Below the pieces are notes generated by a model, which saw only the letters and a list, made by a program, of their open reading frames with translations, was not told the DNA's origin and made no database searches. From Vicugna vicugna (taxonomy: Eukaryota), in NCBI GenBank assembly GCA_013265495.1, contig MU058065.1:8184302-8248301 (forward strand): a DNA stretch of 64,000 nucleotides, in the 5' to 3' direction. Below, one piece after another: positions 10,377-24,596 of this stretch (position 1 is the first letter of the stretch; each line of letters begins with the position of its first letter). The translations under genes and the position numbers were made by a program.

Positions 10377-12451
10377 AGACTACCCTTTAACAAGATTTTC
10401 TTCACATGTCATTGGGCACCCCTGTGTCTACCTCATCAAGTCTAACGTGGCTTTTCAGGCCCTTTATAATCAGGTCTCAACCTAACTGGCCACTGTTTCT
10501 TCACTTTCACAGAAGCCCTCCACACTGGTGAAATGAAGGTCCTTGAAAACGAGTCCTGTAAGGACTCTGGAGTATTCCATAACCTGTCCTCCACCCTCCC
10601 TTGCCTTTCAGGATCCCAGCCTTTCAGATAGGAAGAGACATTAGAGATCGTCAAGGTCAGCCCCACAGCGTCCACGTGTCCTCCTCTACCATGTCTTCAT
10701 CAGCTTCTGTCTGAACAACTGCAAGGTCAAGGAAAGGCCACCTGCAAGGCAGCCCCCTCCAGGAAGAACTGACTGCTCACGTGCATTTGAGTATGCTGTG
10801 GGAGCACGGTGCGCTAACTTGGAGCACACGCAGCTACATTCCAAGACCAGATGAGTGTTTCACTTCCCCTCTCAGCAGGCAGGCAGGCATAAACGCCTTT
10901 GTTTTTGGCTCCTCTACAGGAGGCAACATTTTCTTTTACTAGAAGTTGATAACATTTTGGCCCTATTTTCATAAAAAATAAATTGACATAATTATTAATC
11001 AAAATAAATGCTGATAAACTCCATCTATATTATTTTGCATTTGTACTTTAGGCAGAATTCTTAACTAATTCAAAGCAACTGAGGGCCAGGCCAATCTGAA
11101 TAAAAGAGTTATAAATAAACCCATTCTCATGGGCTGAGAATCCTTTAAAGATAAGGCTCTTGCTCTTTAATGGGCACATAATAACCAAGGCTCTGTCAGA
11201 ACAGTCACCACTGAACTAGAAAGTTCTTTAAAAAAGTTTAAAAATAAGGTTGTTTTAAAATTGGCTTATTAAAGTTGGCTTATTAAATCAACTATACTTC
11301 AAAGAAAAAAAAACAGGCTTATTAACTACAAGGATAATTTATACTTAATGTTTAAAAATATGTCCTCCCTACCCTGAGTCTTATTTATCCCAATAACTAC
11401 CTTCTGAAGAGGGAACGTGGTTGCTCAGTAAATGCAAATGAAAGCTCATATCCTCAGACTGAGTCTCAGTATCGCCTACAAGGCTGTGTTGACTTAACCC
11501 TCAGCCTCTGATGCGCTGCAATTCCACGGGAAGGCGCAGGCACTTTGATCTCCTGAAGAGCAAGGCCACCTTTCTGCATGAGGCTCAGACCTCTGCCCAA
11601 GCCCTCGTGTTAGAAATAGTCCACTCAGGAGCCGCCCTCCAGCAGGCAGTTGCCCCCAAGTCCTCACCGTCCTGCCAACCGTCCGAGCAGGTGAAAGAAG
11701 ACCAGCACCTCTCACTCCTCTTTATCTGGTTTCATTGAGATGGAGGAGGAAGGGCTGGGGCAACTGGGGCCGCAGAGCTAGGCCAGGGCAGGCCTGCTGG
11801 GCCCCGGGCTGCTCTCTCCACAGGCAAACAAGCCACGGAAGGAAAGAAGCCGCTGGCCTCTTTGTCCTCTTGATAATAAGCGGGGCTGTCGCATGGGGAA
11901 TGCTGGGCGGAGCTGGGACGCCTTCGGCCTTGGGCTGGCTTCCCATGACCCGTGACTGCGAGCGAGACTTATTGCTCTGCAAGCCTCGGTTCACCCCTTT
12001 ACAAAGTGGGAGACACCAGGGATAAAATGCAGTGACAGAGGGGAAAATATGCTATATAAAGGCAATACCCCGTGTGAAACACTCCCCATCCTGTGCGGGG
12101 GGCGTGTTCCGGTGGCAGGCCTGCTGCTTGGTGTTGCTGTGCGCTTTTTTGCAACAACACAAGGGGAGTTTTCTGTCAGTTTCTAATGGCCTGATGGAAG
12201 AGGCAGCATTTGGAGGCTCTGGTTTTATGAGGATCTAGGTGGGCGTGTCAGAAGCAGCAGGCCTTAATGCCAGCACTTCTGCATAAGGGGAGGCAGACAC
12301 AATTGAACCAAGAATGACTGCAGCCATCACTTTAGCTCCTGGGCTGTGGGAGGTCCCCAGGAGTGATTCACACCCTCCCTCCCAGGACCACAGGACGCTG
12401 AGCAGGCAGCTCAAGGCCTCCCTCTGCCCCCGGGGTACGTGCTGGTGGTAC

Positions 12452-12548
12452 CTTGTAGAAATAACCTGTGGCTTCTGTCATTTCTGAAAAATTGGTCTCA
12501 GAAAGCCCGGCTTCCCCCAGAACTTTAATCTTCTCTTGAATCAGGGGC
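12452..12548 (-). CDS. SMARCAL1: SMARCAL1 exon 17 (97 bp; [32 protein letters not shown])
   Basis: cag|GCCCCTG...TACAAG|gtacc; frame consistent with neighbours; absent from ORF track. Confidence 0.92.
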
Positions 12549-13517
12549 CTGTTGGGGAGAAACGAGCTTCAGTGGAAACAACCTGCACAGAACCAGCAGA
12601 CCAATTAAAATGACACCACCCCCTGTTCTCATGGGACCGCGACAGGCTTACTGTTTCACACCTTTGCACCTTTCCAGGCACAAGTGCCCATCCTGAAATA
12701 GTTACCTCCTCTCTACTGTAAACTGACCAATTCAGGGCTCATATCATCAGGCTCAAAATTCTTTCCACTGGAAGATGTGTAGGAAATGAATGCCATTACA
12801 ACATTTTGAACCTGGCGCTGTTGTGAGCTGCCCAATTAACAAATCCACTAACAAAGAGAGGGAAGTAGGGGCAACCTGTGCACGCCATAAAGGTAGGGTG
12901 ATGCCTTAGTCATAAGTGTGGAAACAGAGATAAGTAGTGGAAACTAATGAGACAATCAAGAAACTCAGTATCAGGAAGGGGGATGTGGGATTAGGGAGGA
13001 GGCATTTGGGGACTTTTCTTGCTGAGGTAGTGGACATGAAATCCCAGAGCTGGAAGTTTTACCCCAGCTCTGCTAAGGAGGCACTACATGGCCCAGGGTG
13101 AGCCACCTTCTCCCACTGGCCCGGCAGCAGCACTGCAGGATGTGGCCTCATGGTACCGACGCATGTCATGAAGGGAAAAGGGGGCCATTTCCATGTCTCA
13201 GCAAGTGCCCTCCTGCTTAGGAACAGGGTGTTTTACAAACAAAAGTCCACCGATTTTATCCCAAGTTCCCCTCCCTTATCTCAGGCCAGTGGGAAGGAAC
13301 CACATCCCCTTATTCCTACGAGATTTCCTCATGCTCCCTGCAGCCACCAGTAATGCTGCGTAGGAGGCCAAACAGGGTCGTGATGAAAGAGGGTGGGCCC
13401 TACTAACAGGTCTTCTGTGGGGATCCCTGAAGTCCTCAGCAAAAGCAGAAGCTCTCGGGAGCAAAGGAAATCTGTCACTGGTGTCAACCCCAGCTGCCGG
13501 GCCAGCCAGAGGCGTTA

Positions 13518-13736
<219 letters not shown>

Positions 13737-14952
13737 TCACATGGCAGAGGGCCTGTGAGGCTCTACCCACAAAGGACCTGACAGCTGATAAAAGGGAGAA
13801 GCAAACGCAACACTGCTCAGGGAACTCAATCTGCAGCTGGGTAGCTGCAGATGGCCCTTCCACGTCAGGCCTGGTGCTGGGCGCTGCGGAGGGAGAACGA
13901 GCTTTAGCTCTGCCACCAGCCGTGACCAAGGGCAGACAGACTCGGCACACTTTTATTCTTCCTCCGTGGAACAAATAAAGTTATCTTCTAAATAAATAAA
14001 AGTACCGCACCCAGGGAGAGGCCATATATCATCAGGGGTAGGGGGTAATGGATAGAAAATTGTGGTATATGCATACAATGGAATATTAGCAGCAGTAAAA
14101 AGGAACGAACTACTGATACACATAATAACATGTATGAATCTCAAAATATATTGAGTGAGAGAAATCAGGTTTAAAAAAAGAGTACACACTGTATGAGTCT
14201 ACATTTATATAAAGCTCTAAAAATGCTTTTTTATGTGGAGGTAAACCCTACAATGAATACTAAGAACTCAGAGCATGGTTTCTGTTATAAATGCCTTCAG
14301 CCTCCAAGTCCTCCCACTGTTACAGCTGTTGCCTATGTGTGGTCACTGAGAGCCATACCGAGTCAGAATGAAAGGGAAGAACTTTCTGGAGTTCAGGAGA
14401 AAAGCTTAAGTCCAAACAAATGTCTTCCATCTGCTGCCACAGCCCTCAGCTGATCAGATAAGGCCAGTGGGCACCACAACTGTGTTCAAGGAACACCCAC
14501 CAGTCACTCCGCTGTGGCCCCACGGGTAAAGCGGCTCATGAGGGTGGTCGATAAACGGTGCTCATGCTAGGAAGCCAGAGTCCTGGGCTGGGGCCTGGGC
14601 TGCCAGGTGCTCCCCTTTAAGTGACAGCTGTGCTCTTGAATTCTCTGTGCCCCAATTTCTTCATAGAGAGATGGAGCCTGACATTCCTCCTAAAACGTCA
14701 GTCTTCCCATCGATAATAAGAAGGAGTTGATAATGCTACAGTAATAATCCAACCCAGTAGGTTGCTGTGAAGATCCAATACCTGGCCAACGAACTTAAAG
14801 ACAGACATATGGAAAGTACAAACGTGTTTCTGAGGCTTAACAGAAATGGAGGGAAGAAGATGAAACTGGCACCAGGGACAGAGCCCAGAAACCCTGCCTT
14901 CCCCCACTGACACTAGCTCCCTCCTCCCCGCAACCCAGGGCATGCCCCTTAC

Positions 14953-15135
14953 CCCTGGGTTCCAGAATAACTCTGCGAACACCACCAGCTCAGCTGAGGA
15001 GAAGGTGAGGCCCATGTTGGCGGCAGTGATGGACAGCACAGCCACGGCGTGCCCCTGGGACTGCTGGAACTGCTGGCACAGGTCCTCACGGTCGGCCGAG
15101 GGGGTGGAGCCATCGATGCGGATGTGCTGCACGCG
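14953..15135 (-). CDS. SMARCAL1: SMARCAL1 exon 15 (183 bp; RIDGST...[11 protein letters not shown]...WNPG)
   Basis: cag|CGCGTG...CCAGGG|gtaag. Confidence 0.95.
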
Positions 15136-15329
15136 CTGCCGAACAAGGGAGGGACACAAGGTGGGCTGCACGGTGCCAGGCCAGCCTTGGGGGCACAGCT
15201 CCAGGGACAGAGCCCCGCGCTGCTCTGGCTCAAAGCTGGCGGAGCATCGAGCTGTCACTTGGTACTGCTTTCCAAGCTTCTTTTCTGGTCTTTCCTTTGC
15301 TTTCAAATTGAAACTTGTGTTGAGACAAT

Positions 15330-16040
15330 CGAAGATTCACATGCAGTTTAAACAATAATACAGAGAGATTCCTTGTACATTTTGCCAGTTTCCCCTGGCA
15401 TTAGTAACACTGGCAAAACTATAGCATAACATCACAACTAGTATACTAACTTTGCTACAATCCACTGATCTTATCCAGATTTCCCCACTTATACTTAAAC
15501 TTGTGTGTATTTTATACAATTTTATCTCGCAGGTGGGTTTTCACGTACCCACCTTCACAGCAGAGATAGTGAACAGTTCTAACATCACAGGGATGCTCTA
15601 TAGCCCTTGTATAGCCACACCCATCTCCCTCCTGCTTCCCCTCACTCACCCGTCCCTAAACAATCCGTCCTGCCTTTCTAAAATGTTCCATAATGTTGTA
15701 TAAGTGGAGTCACACACTGGGTAATCTTTGGGGTTGGGCTCTTTAAACTCAGCATCACTACCCGGAGACTCATCCAAGTCATTGCACATATGGACACTTC
15801 ACATGCACTGGTGACTCATTCCTCCTCATTGCTGAGCAGCGTTCCATGGCATGGATGTACCACAGTGTAGCCACTCACCTCTGGAAGGACATCTGGGCTG
15901 GTTCTAGCTTTGCACTGCTACAAATAAAGCTACCATGAATATCTGGGTACAAGTTTCTCTGTGAACATAAGTTTTCATTCCTTTGAGATAAACACCCAGG
16001 AGTCAACTGCTGGATCTTATCTGACAGTTGAAGGTTTAGT
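15330..16040 (-). mobile_element. Old L1 3'-end fragment
   Basis: L1M-type 3' UTR motifs such as ggacatctgggctggtt and aaataaagctaccatgaat; boundaries approximate. Confidence 0.6.
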
Positions 16041-16704
16041 TCAACTTATTTTAGGCATTTATTTATTTTTTTAATGATAAAGACAGAAATTATAATGATA
16101 ACATACATCATTCTAATGATAAAGACAAGAAAAATAAAAATTAGTAATATTACCCATCCATTTTTTCCTGTCACTCTTCTCAATGTGTATGACATATTTT
16201 TTAAATAAAAGGTTTTACATCTTGCTTTTCTCCAATAAACATTATGTTGTAAATAAAGTAAGTTATTAAAAAGTTTTCTAAAACATGATTTTTAGTGGCT
16301 GTATAATATTTCATCATGCAACAATAGTATAATTTAACCATTCATCTCCTTCCTCACATTTGGGTTTTTTTTTTTTAATTTTCGCTAAAAAAGAAGGGTT
16401 GGCAAATATCCACCAAATTGTTGTCTATGCTCATAATGGAATACTACTCAGCAATAAAAAGGAATGAACTGTTGATACACACACTAACATGTATGAATCT
16501 CAAAATATGTTGAGTGAGGGAAATCAGGTTAAAAAAAAGAGCACACACTGTATGATTCCACATTTATATAAAGCTCTAAAAATGCAAACTAGTCTACAGT
16601 GACAGAGAGCAGATGCGTGGCGGCCTGGAGCTGGGAGGATGGGGAGAAACAGGCAATACAAAGGGCACAAGGAAACTTCTGGGGCTGACAGATACATTCA
16701 CTAC

Positions 16705-17216
16705 TGTATGGCTGTTAGCATCACTGGAGCCATCTTGGGTCCATTCAGTTCCTCCTGTCCTTCCACTGATCCTTACCTGGGGCTGTACTGTGCAATAAAT
16801 TTCTTTGTCATCCAGGGCTTTGTAGTTAACAGATACTGTTTAATGATCATTGGGTCCAAGTGGCCTCTACGCTCGGTTAGTCTCTAAACAATGACAACGA
16901 CCTTTGATGCTGTATTCCCGACACTCATGATACTAGTTACCCATCATAAATCTTGACTTAGGGAGGCACTTTCTGTCTCCAAGCACACACCCCTGTACCC
17001 TAGGTTAGCTATAAAACCATCCCAGCGGCTCCTTGGCATTGCAGAGAGCAGCTGCAAATGCTTCTGGATCACCATCCACCCAGTCCTACCCTGTATGTAA
17101 ATTCTACTCTGTAATAAACTGATCCATTGATTATGTGGAGCTGCCTGCCTTGTTTTTCAGTCTCAAGATACCTTCTCAGTTTGGCAGGCATTTTTCATTC
17201 TCTCTGCCCTCCAACA
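16705..17216 (+). mobile_element. Solo LTR (probably ERVL class) nested in an old L1
   Basis: TG...CA ends, TATAAAA at 17010, AATAAA at 17113, imperfect 5-bp TSD actac/actat, interrupts L1-like ttcacta|tcttga. Confidence 0.6.
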
Positions 17217-17349
17217 ACTATCTTGACTCTTACCCAGTTGTACACTTCAAATATGTAGTTTATTGCATGGTAATTATACCTCAATAAAGCTTATTAATAC
17301 AAAAAATTTTAAAGAGATGGGTTAAAATAAACCCGTTCATGGTTCTTTG

Positions 17350-19600
17350 TCTATACTTGGTCATTTCCTTAGACTAGACTACTAAAAATCAAAGTGCATG
17401 GCAAAAGAGAAAAACTTCATTGACAGCTCCTGACATGACCACTGAATTACTTTCCAATAAGTAACATATAAGCATGTCCAGCTCACTGCATTGTTATCAA
17501 TAGTGAGCCCTGTGTATTTTTAAAACCTCTGCTGGTTTGATAGGTTTTAAAAATTATCTCATTTTAATTTTCATTTATTTGATTACTACTGGAGTTGAAA
17601 TTTTTCGTATTTCAGATTCTTAGCAGGTCCAGTGATCTCCACAAAAAAGAATTGATCTGCATCATTGTTTTTTATGGATGAATGGACTATTATTTAATGG
17701 GACACCTACTGATGAACATTTGGGCTTCTAATTATTCAATATTATAAAGAACAACATGACTAATATTCTTGTACATAAATCTTCCTGACTGGTCTGGTTA
17801 TTTCCTTAGGATAAATTTCTAGAAAAGGAGCTTGGAAAAATTCACGTGCACATTAAGTTATTGCCAAATTGCTCTACCAAAACAATGTACCAAATGTGTA
17901 AAGGAACAATGATTTAACCACTGTGTATGTGTGACAGTACAGACCCAAATTTTTAGTAATCTGAATAATTTTTTCCTTTGTAATTTCTTTCATTGTTTTT
18001 ATGCTTAGAAAGTCATTCACCCATCCAGTGATCAGGTATGTATTCATTTATATTTTCTTCTAATACTTTATGTTTCAAAAAGTTTTGATTCATCTGGAAT
18101 TTAATAAACAGTGAATTAAAATTTCAGTTAAGTTCTCTACCCAATTATTTAGCCATTACCCAAACTTTATTTGTTGAATAAATTAAATCTGATTTGTGAT
18201 GACTTCTTGGTCACATATTTGTTTTTTATTTATATTAAAAGGCTATCTATTAATTCCACACATCTGTCCACCAGTTCTTGAACCAGCATGACTGAGTTTT
18301 ACAATAGGGACAAGTCTGGAGGGACAAGTCTATCAACATTGCTTCTCTTTCACAAAGGTGTCTTAGATATTGCTCATGCTTATTTTTTTTGAGACTCCTT
18401 TAGAATAACAGTGTAAATTTCCTTTAGAAAAATCTGATGGGAATTTTTATTAGACTTGAATTGAACCTACAAAATAACTTGAGACGGATAGACATTTTTA
18501 CACTTTTTAGCCTTTTTTTACACTTTTTAGCCTTTACAGAGAAGAATATGGCATAAGTCTTTCCAATTCTTCATTAGTTTCTACCCTCTTCTTGGTGAGA
18601 TTATTATTAATTACTTTTTATTTTCTTGTTGCTGTGAACTTAGCTTTTTCCCATTACATTAACTAATTAGTTACAGCCGATACATTAAAAAAAGCAATTT
18701 ATTTTAGTTTATTTGGAATTCAAGTACCCTACTAAACTTTTATGCATTCTAACAGTTTTCTAATTAATTTGGTTTCTTGAAATTGGAAACAGTTCTGATT
18801 TTTCCTTTCCAGGGAATGAACTATTAATTCTATTGGCTGGCTTCCTGTATCACATTATATACAAAATTCAAGTCCACCTCTAAGATTTTCAGAAAAAAAC
18901 AAAACAAACAAACAAAACAACAACAACAAAAAAAACAAAAACACCCCTGTCCTCCCCTAGCCCAAAAACAAACAAACAAACAAAAAACCAGAAGAAAATC
19001 TTCATGACCTCAAGTACGGAAAGATTTCTTAAACCAGTCATAGAAGTTAAAAACCATAAAGAAAAAAACTACAAGCATATGTGAAATATATTATAATTAA
19101 AAATTAAAATAAAAATGTAAAACTGTCCAATAGAAACAAAGTGAAAACACAGATCATAATTGGCAAAGGACTGACATCTAGAATTTATGAAGACTATTTC
19201 CAAATCAGTAAGAAAGAGACAAATAATCAACAGGCAAAGGACACAAATCAGAATGCTTACAGAAAAGAGCCTGAAATGATACTAAACATATAAAAAGATA
19301 TGCCTTTTACTGGTGGTCAGGGAAAGGCAAATTAAAGTAAGAATGAAATGAGACTTCATTTCAAAAGTAAAAAGTCTGATTAATACAAAGTGTTGATGAG
19401 TACACAGAACAGCAGGAATTCTCAAATGCTCCTGGTGGGATTACAAATTTGAATAACCACCTTGGAGAGCAATTTGACAATACCTAGTAGAGTGGAGGAT
19501 AAGCCTATCCAAGGGTCGTGCAAGATCATTCCTGGACATGCCTATGTACACACACAAGGCATACTTATGTGTGTACACATATGTACAAAAATGTATTTCC
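17350..19600. mobile_element. Degraded L1M fragments in both orientations
   Basis: AT-rich L1 ORF2-like motifs such as aagatttcttaaa...aaccataaagaaaa and ggagagcaatttgacaata. Confidence 0.5.
18893..18990 (+). repeat. A-rich (CAAA/CAAAA)n simple repeat
   Basis: Directly visible. Confidence 0.85.
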
Positions 19601-19614
19601 ATTCTTACTTACAA

Positions 19615-20135
19615 CCACAACATGGAAGCAACCTAAATGTCCATCAACAGATGACTGGATAAAGAAGTTGTCATGTATATATACAATGGAATACTACTCA
19701 GCCATAAGAAATAATAAAATAATGCATTGGCAGCATCATAGATGGACATGGAGATCGTCATTCTAAGTGAAGTAAGCCAGAAAGGGAAAGAAAAATACCA
19801 TATATCACTTATGTGTAGAATCTAAAAAAAAAAACAAAAACCCACAAATGAACTTATTTAAGAAACAGAGACAGACTCACAGACATAGAAGACAAACTTA
19901 TGGTTACAGAGGTAGGAGGGAGTGGGGAGGATTAAACTGGGAGCTCACAATTTGTAGCTAACCACTACATATAAAACAGATAAACAGCAACGTCCTACTG
20001 CATAGCACAATAACTTGTAATGGCCTATAATGAAAAAGAATATGAAAAGGAATATACATATGGATAAATGAATCAGTATGCTGTACATGAGAAATTAACA
20101 CAACATTGTAAATCGACCATACTTCAATAAAAATT
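19615..20135 (+). mobile_element. Younger, lineage-specific L1 3' end
   Basis: atggaagcaacctaaatgtccatcaacagatgactggataaagaag...catacttcaataaaaa. Confidence 0.8.
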
Positions 20136-20843
20136 AGCATAATAGCAAAAACTGTAAATAAAATTCAACATCCATCAGCAGGAGAATGGTATAGTTATTC
20201 AATGAGATACTATTCAGTAATTACAGTGAGTGAACTAAACCTGTAATGCTATGTAGAGAAATCTCTAAAACAAGGTTGAACAAAAAAGTAAACTGCAAGA
20301 TACACTATGATGCTGTTCATGTAAATATATTGCTATATATTGGTGGCTATATATTGCTCAGGGATACCTACTTTTAGAGTGAAGTATTACAATATTGGAG
20401 GGGAAGGATTCAGCATAGCGATTTCCCCCAGGGAGGAAGGGACAGGAATAAATTAGAGGGTTATCTTATTACTTAAAAAATAAACTTTGAAATAAATACG
20501 GCAAAATTTTCATTTATTAAATCTGGATGGGGGACTCAGAGATGTTTGTTGTATATTTCCCTGTACTCTTCTGTGTATTTGAAATAGTATGTAAATGTAA
20601 GAGACGAAGAAAGACCAAAGGAAATTTATGGCCTGAAATTTAACCAAAAAGGAAAAGGGAGGGGAAAATATGATGTGTTTAGTTTTAATAAAGATCCTTG
20701 GAAATCATTCTAGACATTTTCTACTCAATTTAATGAGAGCCATAAAACCCTGTGCTGAAGTTTGCGCTCAGCCACATGCAATGAGTAAAGCCACCCTGAC
20801 AGCAATAGGAGGAGCAAAAGGAGGGGGAAAGGACGCATCTCTA

Positions 20844-21332
<489 letters not shown>

Positions 21333-22925
21333 CTATTCCTGCATCTGCAGAAGACACCTTTGGGGTACCTGCCCTCCGGGGGCCTCTCTCCCCCTTCTCT
21401 GAGAGCTGACCTGTCCCCCTTTCCCTCAGGAGCTGTGGGGACATCATCATCTGAGTTCCTCCACACTCTTTAGTCATCTCCCAAACACAAATCAATTGAG
21501 GTTTTCTTATGTTTTATGTGTCTCCGATAGGTTGCTGAAACATTTGTATTGCATGGGGTCACGGAAGATAATTAACAGTTTGCACTCTGGCTGCTACTAT
21601 CATTGTCTCGTGTTTTCAATAAAAACTGAAGTGTCGTCTGTAGATCTGAAAATGCCTGGGCAAGGATTAAGAGATTCTTGACAGTAATCAAATTCTTGGA
21701 AGTGTAACACTGAAACATAAGTAATAATACTGAAAAGACGGTCAAGGATAGCTTTTTAGCTCCTTCCCACATCAGACCGCAAACTACAGGGCCAGCAATT
21801 AATTTAGTGGTAGATTTTCTGAGGCCAAGAACTATGGGGTGAAAGGCCTTATTTGCTTGGTCTTTATTCTCCCTTAATTTACTTCTCTTCCATCTACTGT
21901 GTTTTTTCTGCTCCTTATCTTTAGCTGTGGCCTGAAAAGAAAGTAGCTCCCCCCAGGAGTTGCAGGAAGGAGAGTCACCCAGTCAGCAGCCCCTTGCCCT
22001 GGGACTGGTGCCCTGCGGAGAGTTCCCAATTCCAGCACAGGTCACTGCTCTGGCAGGGGCAGCGGGAAGGTGTGCCTCCCCGGACAGGACACAAGGAGCA
22101 CTCGCTCTGCCTGAGGCCGTCCCCACACCCGGGTGCATCCGGGCAGAGAACAGACATCGCTCTCCTTGGGAAAGGATGAATCTCCAGGGTCTCCTATTAT
22201 AATATTATAGGCAGGTGGTGGAAAGGTAAGTGGACTGTCTTCTAAACAGCTAAGAATTATTTTCAAACAACACTATGGCCAACCAGGGCGTGGATTTGAG
22301 TTCAATCTGTGAATTGTTGGTACTAATAGAATCTAAACTTTAATTAGTTTGAGAGACATAAAATTTGCCATGACACAAGCAAAAAAGTTTATTGCTATAG
22401 CATCAGCAAGTCACAAGGCCATAAAAGAAGTGTGGCCAGCCCATAAACACCACAGCTCCCAATCTTCCTAATGTTTCTCTCCCCGCTACATCTCAGACAT
22501 GACGTTGTCACTCTGCCCTTCCTCACATCCCTAAGCTAAGGCTGCAAACACTTGCCAACCACAATAACCTTGGCTTTTATAGTGGAAGATGTCCATTAAA
22601 ATGAAAACAACAGCAAAAAGGGGAAGAAAAGCAACTATTAGAGGAAATTGGGGTCGTAAGATTTATAACCTAATTTCTACTTACTAACTGTGTGATTCTG
22701 AAGTTCAGAGATTTATATGAGATTTGCTCAATTTCTGCATTTTAAAAATGGGGCCAAACAAGGAAATAGTCTTACTTCTCTTAAAAAAAATTGGGGCCAA
22801 AAGAACTTTTATTGATCTCACAAAGAGGCTGTAAATGTGAAATGAGTTAACAGATGTCAAAATTGCTGGAAACTATAAAGCACTGTATAATTTATCATGG
22901 ATTTCTGAAAAAGCATGATAAGGTA

Positions 22926-23283
22926 TGTTATGGACTGAAAGTCTGTGTCCCTCCCCTTCTCCCCGTGCCCCCAGTTCATATGTTGAAATCTTAACCCCCA
23001 AGGTGATGGCAGTGGGAGGCTGGGGATGGTACTGGGAGGAGATGGAGTTAGTGCTCTTATAAAGGAGACCTTAGGGAGCACCCCTGTCCCGTCCACCATG
23101 TGAGGACACAGTGAGAAGATGGTTGTCTAGGATCCACGAAGAGAACTCTCACCAGACCCTGAATCTGCCAGTGCCTTGAACTTGGCCTTCCCAGCCTCTA
23201 GGATGGCGAGAAATAGCTATTTGTGGTTTAAGGCAGATGGCCTATGATATTTTTGTTAAAGCAGCACAAACGGACTCAAGACA
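22926..23283 (+). mobile_element. MaLR solo LTR (MLT1A/B-like)
   Basis: tgttatggactgaa...actcaagaca, ~358 bp, TSD aggta/aggtg. Confidence 0.8.
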
Positions 23284-24525
23284 AGGTGTTACCGAAGTTT
23301 ATCTATAAGGTGGAAAAATGGCTAGATTTAAAATTTCTAAAGGCAATGGGTGGTTCTGGGCCCAGCACTCAAGGAGCCTGGATTTCTTTGGTCACAAGCC
23401 GAGAAAGCGAGGGAGAGGCTCACACCCTTGCCATCTGTTACTCAGCAGCACGTGAGAAATGGGTCGGTGGGGGCAATTCAGAGTAGTTTCTGAGAGAGAA
23501 GTTTCCAGGCCATAAAAACCACACCTGGAGTTCATCAGCCTCCTAAGGGCATCATAAATGAAAAGGGCAGCAGCCAGCGGGTGAGGGTGCAGTCTTCGTG
23601 GGGAGTCTTGGATTTGAACAATGCAGTGAGCTCACTCTCAGACCACATTTAAGGGTGCGGAGGGAGAGGCTGGTGAGGCTGGAAGATGTGGAGGCTGAGT
23701 GAGAGGGCGGGGCAGGCTGTGTGTCCCAATTTATCCACGGATCTCGGTCCCCACAGCCAATCTGGCACCGCTCAACCCACACGGAGCTCATTGTCATTGT
23801 AATCTAACCACTGGGACCATTATTCTGCCAGAGTCTCACATGAACGTTAAACAAAAAATGAGGCAAGCTGCATGTCGTTAGCATCGCTTCGAGTTTCTAC
23901 CACAGTGATGTGTGAACGGCTGTGGGTTTTTCTTTCTTTAGCAAAGGCAGACAATTGAGATTTTTTTTCAGGTCAGTGAAGAATTTTAAGAACAGAAATG
24001 ATTACCTCAGCTTTAGTTCATAAGGCAGAAGAAGAACCAAGTGTGACAACGGCCACTTGCCCGTATCTTTTGAACACCTTTGACATTCGCCCTTTCTCAT
24101 TTAGGTAAATGATGGCTGAAACACGACGTCTGCGGAGAAGACCAGAGGATCCTGGTCTTCCATGAAATCCCTAATTTTTTCCTACAGGCAAGTGACCACA
24201 GTTCTCCTGGTGAGAGGGAAACTTCCCTTCAGTGTTTGGGTCCACCTTCCACATCAGGGGCTGCGGCTTCAGCTCACTGGGGTTAAGACAGGATCTCACA
24301 GGGACCCCAAGCACATCCTGATCGTGCTCCAGTGACAGGCCTACATCTGCCTCTCGGGTGCTAAGTCTGTGGTGCCTTAAACCTGATACTCAAGGCAGCT
24401 ATGATTCAAATCTGTCAACTCTAATCACTTCTTACAGAGCAATAAAACCATCCTGGCTGACTAAGGTAACAGGTGTTTCTTTTTTAGAAAGAGCGCGAGA
24501 GAAGTCACGCTTGGTGACCACTTAC

Positions 24526-24596
24526 ATGACAGATGGGATTTTAGCTTCAGCTGTTCTGTTGAAGAAGAGAATGAGGGCTTCTTTCTGCTGCTGTTT
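24526..24596 (-). CDS. SMARCAL1: SMARCAL1 exon 13 (71 bp; KQQQKEALILFFNRTAEAKIPSV)
   Basis: cag|AAACAG...GTCAT|gtaag. Confidence 0.94.

Noticed and set aside
18495..18535. 20-bp tandem duplication (tttttacactttttagcc)
   Set aside because: Ordinary slippage within an old L1
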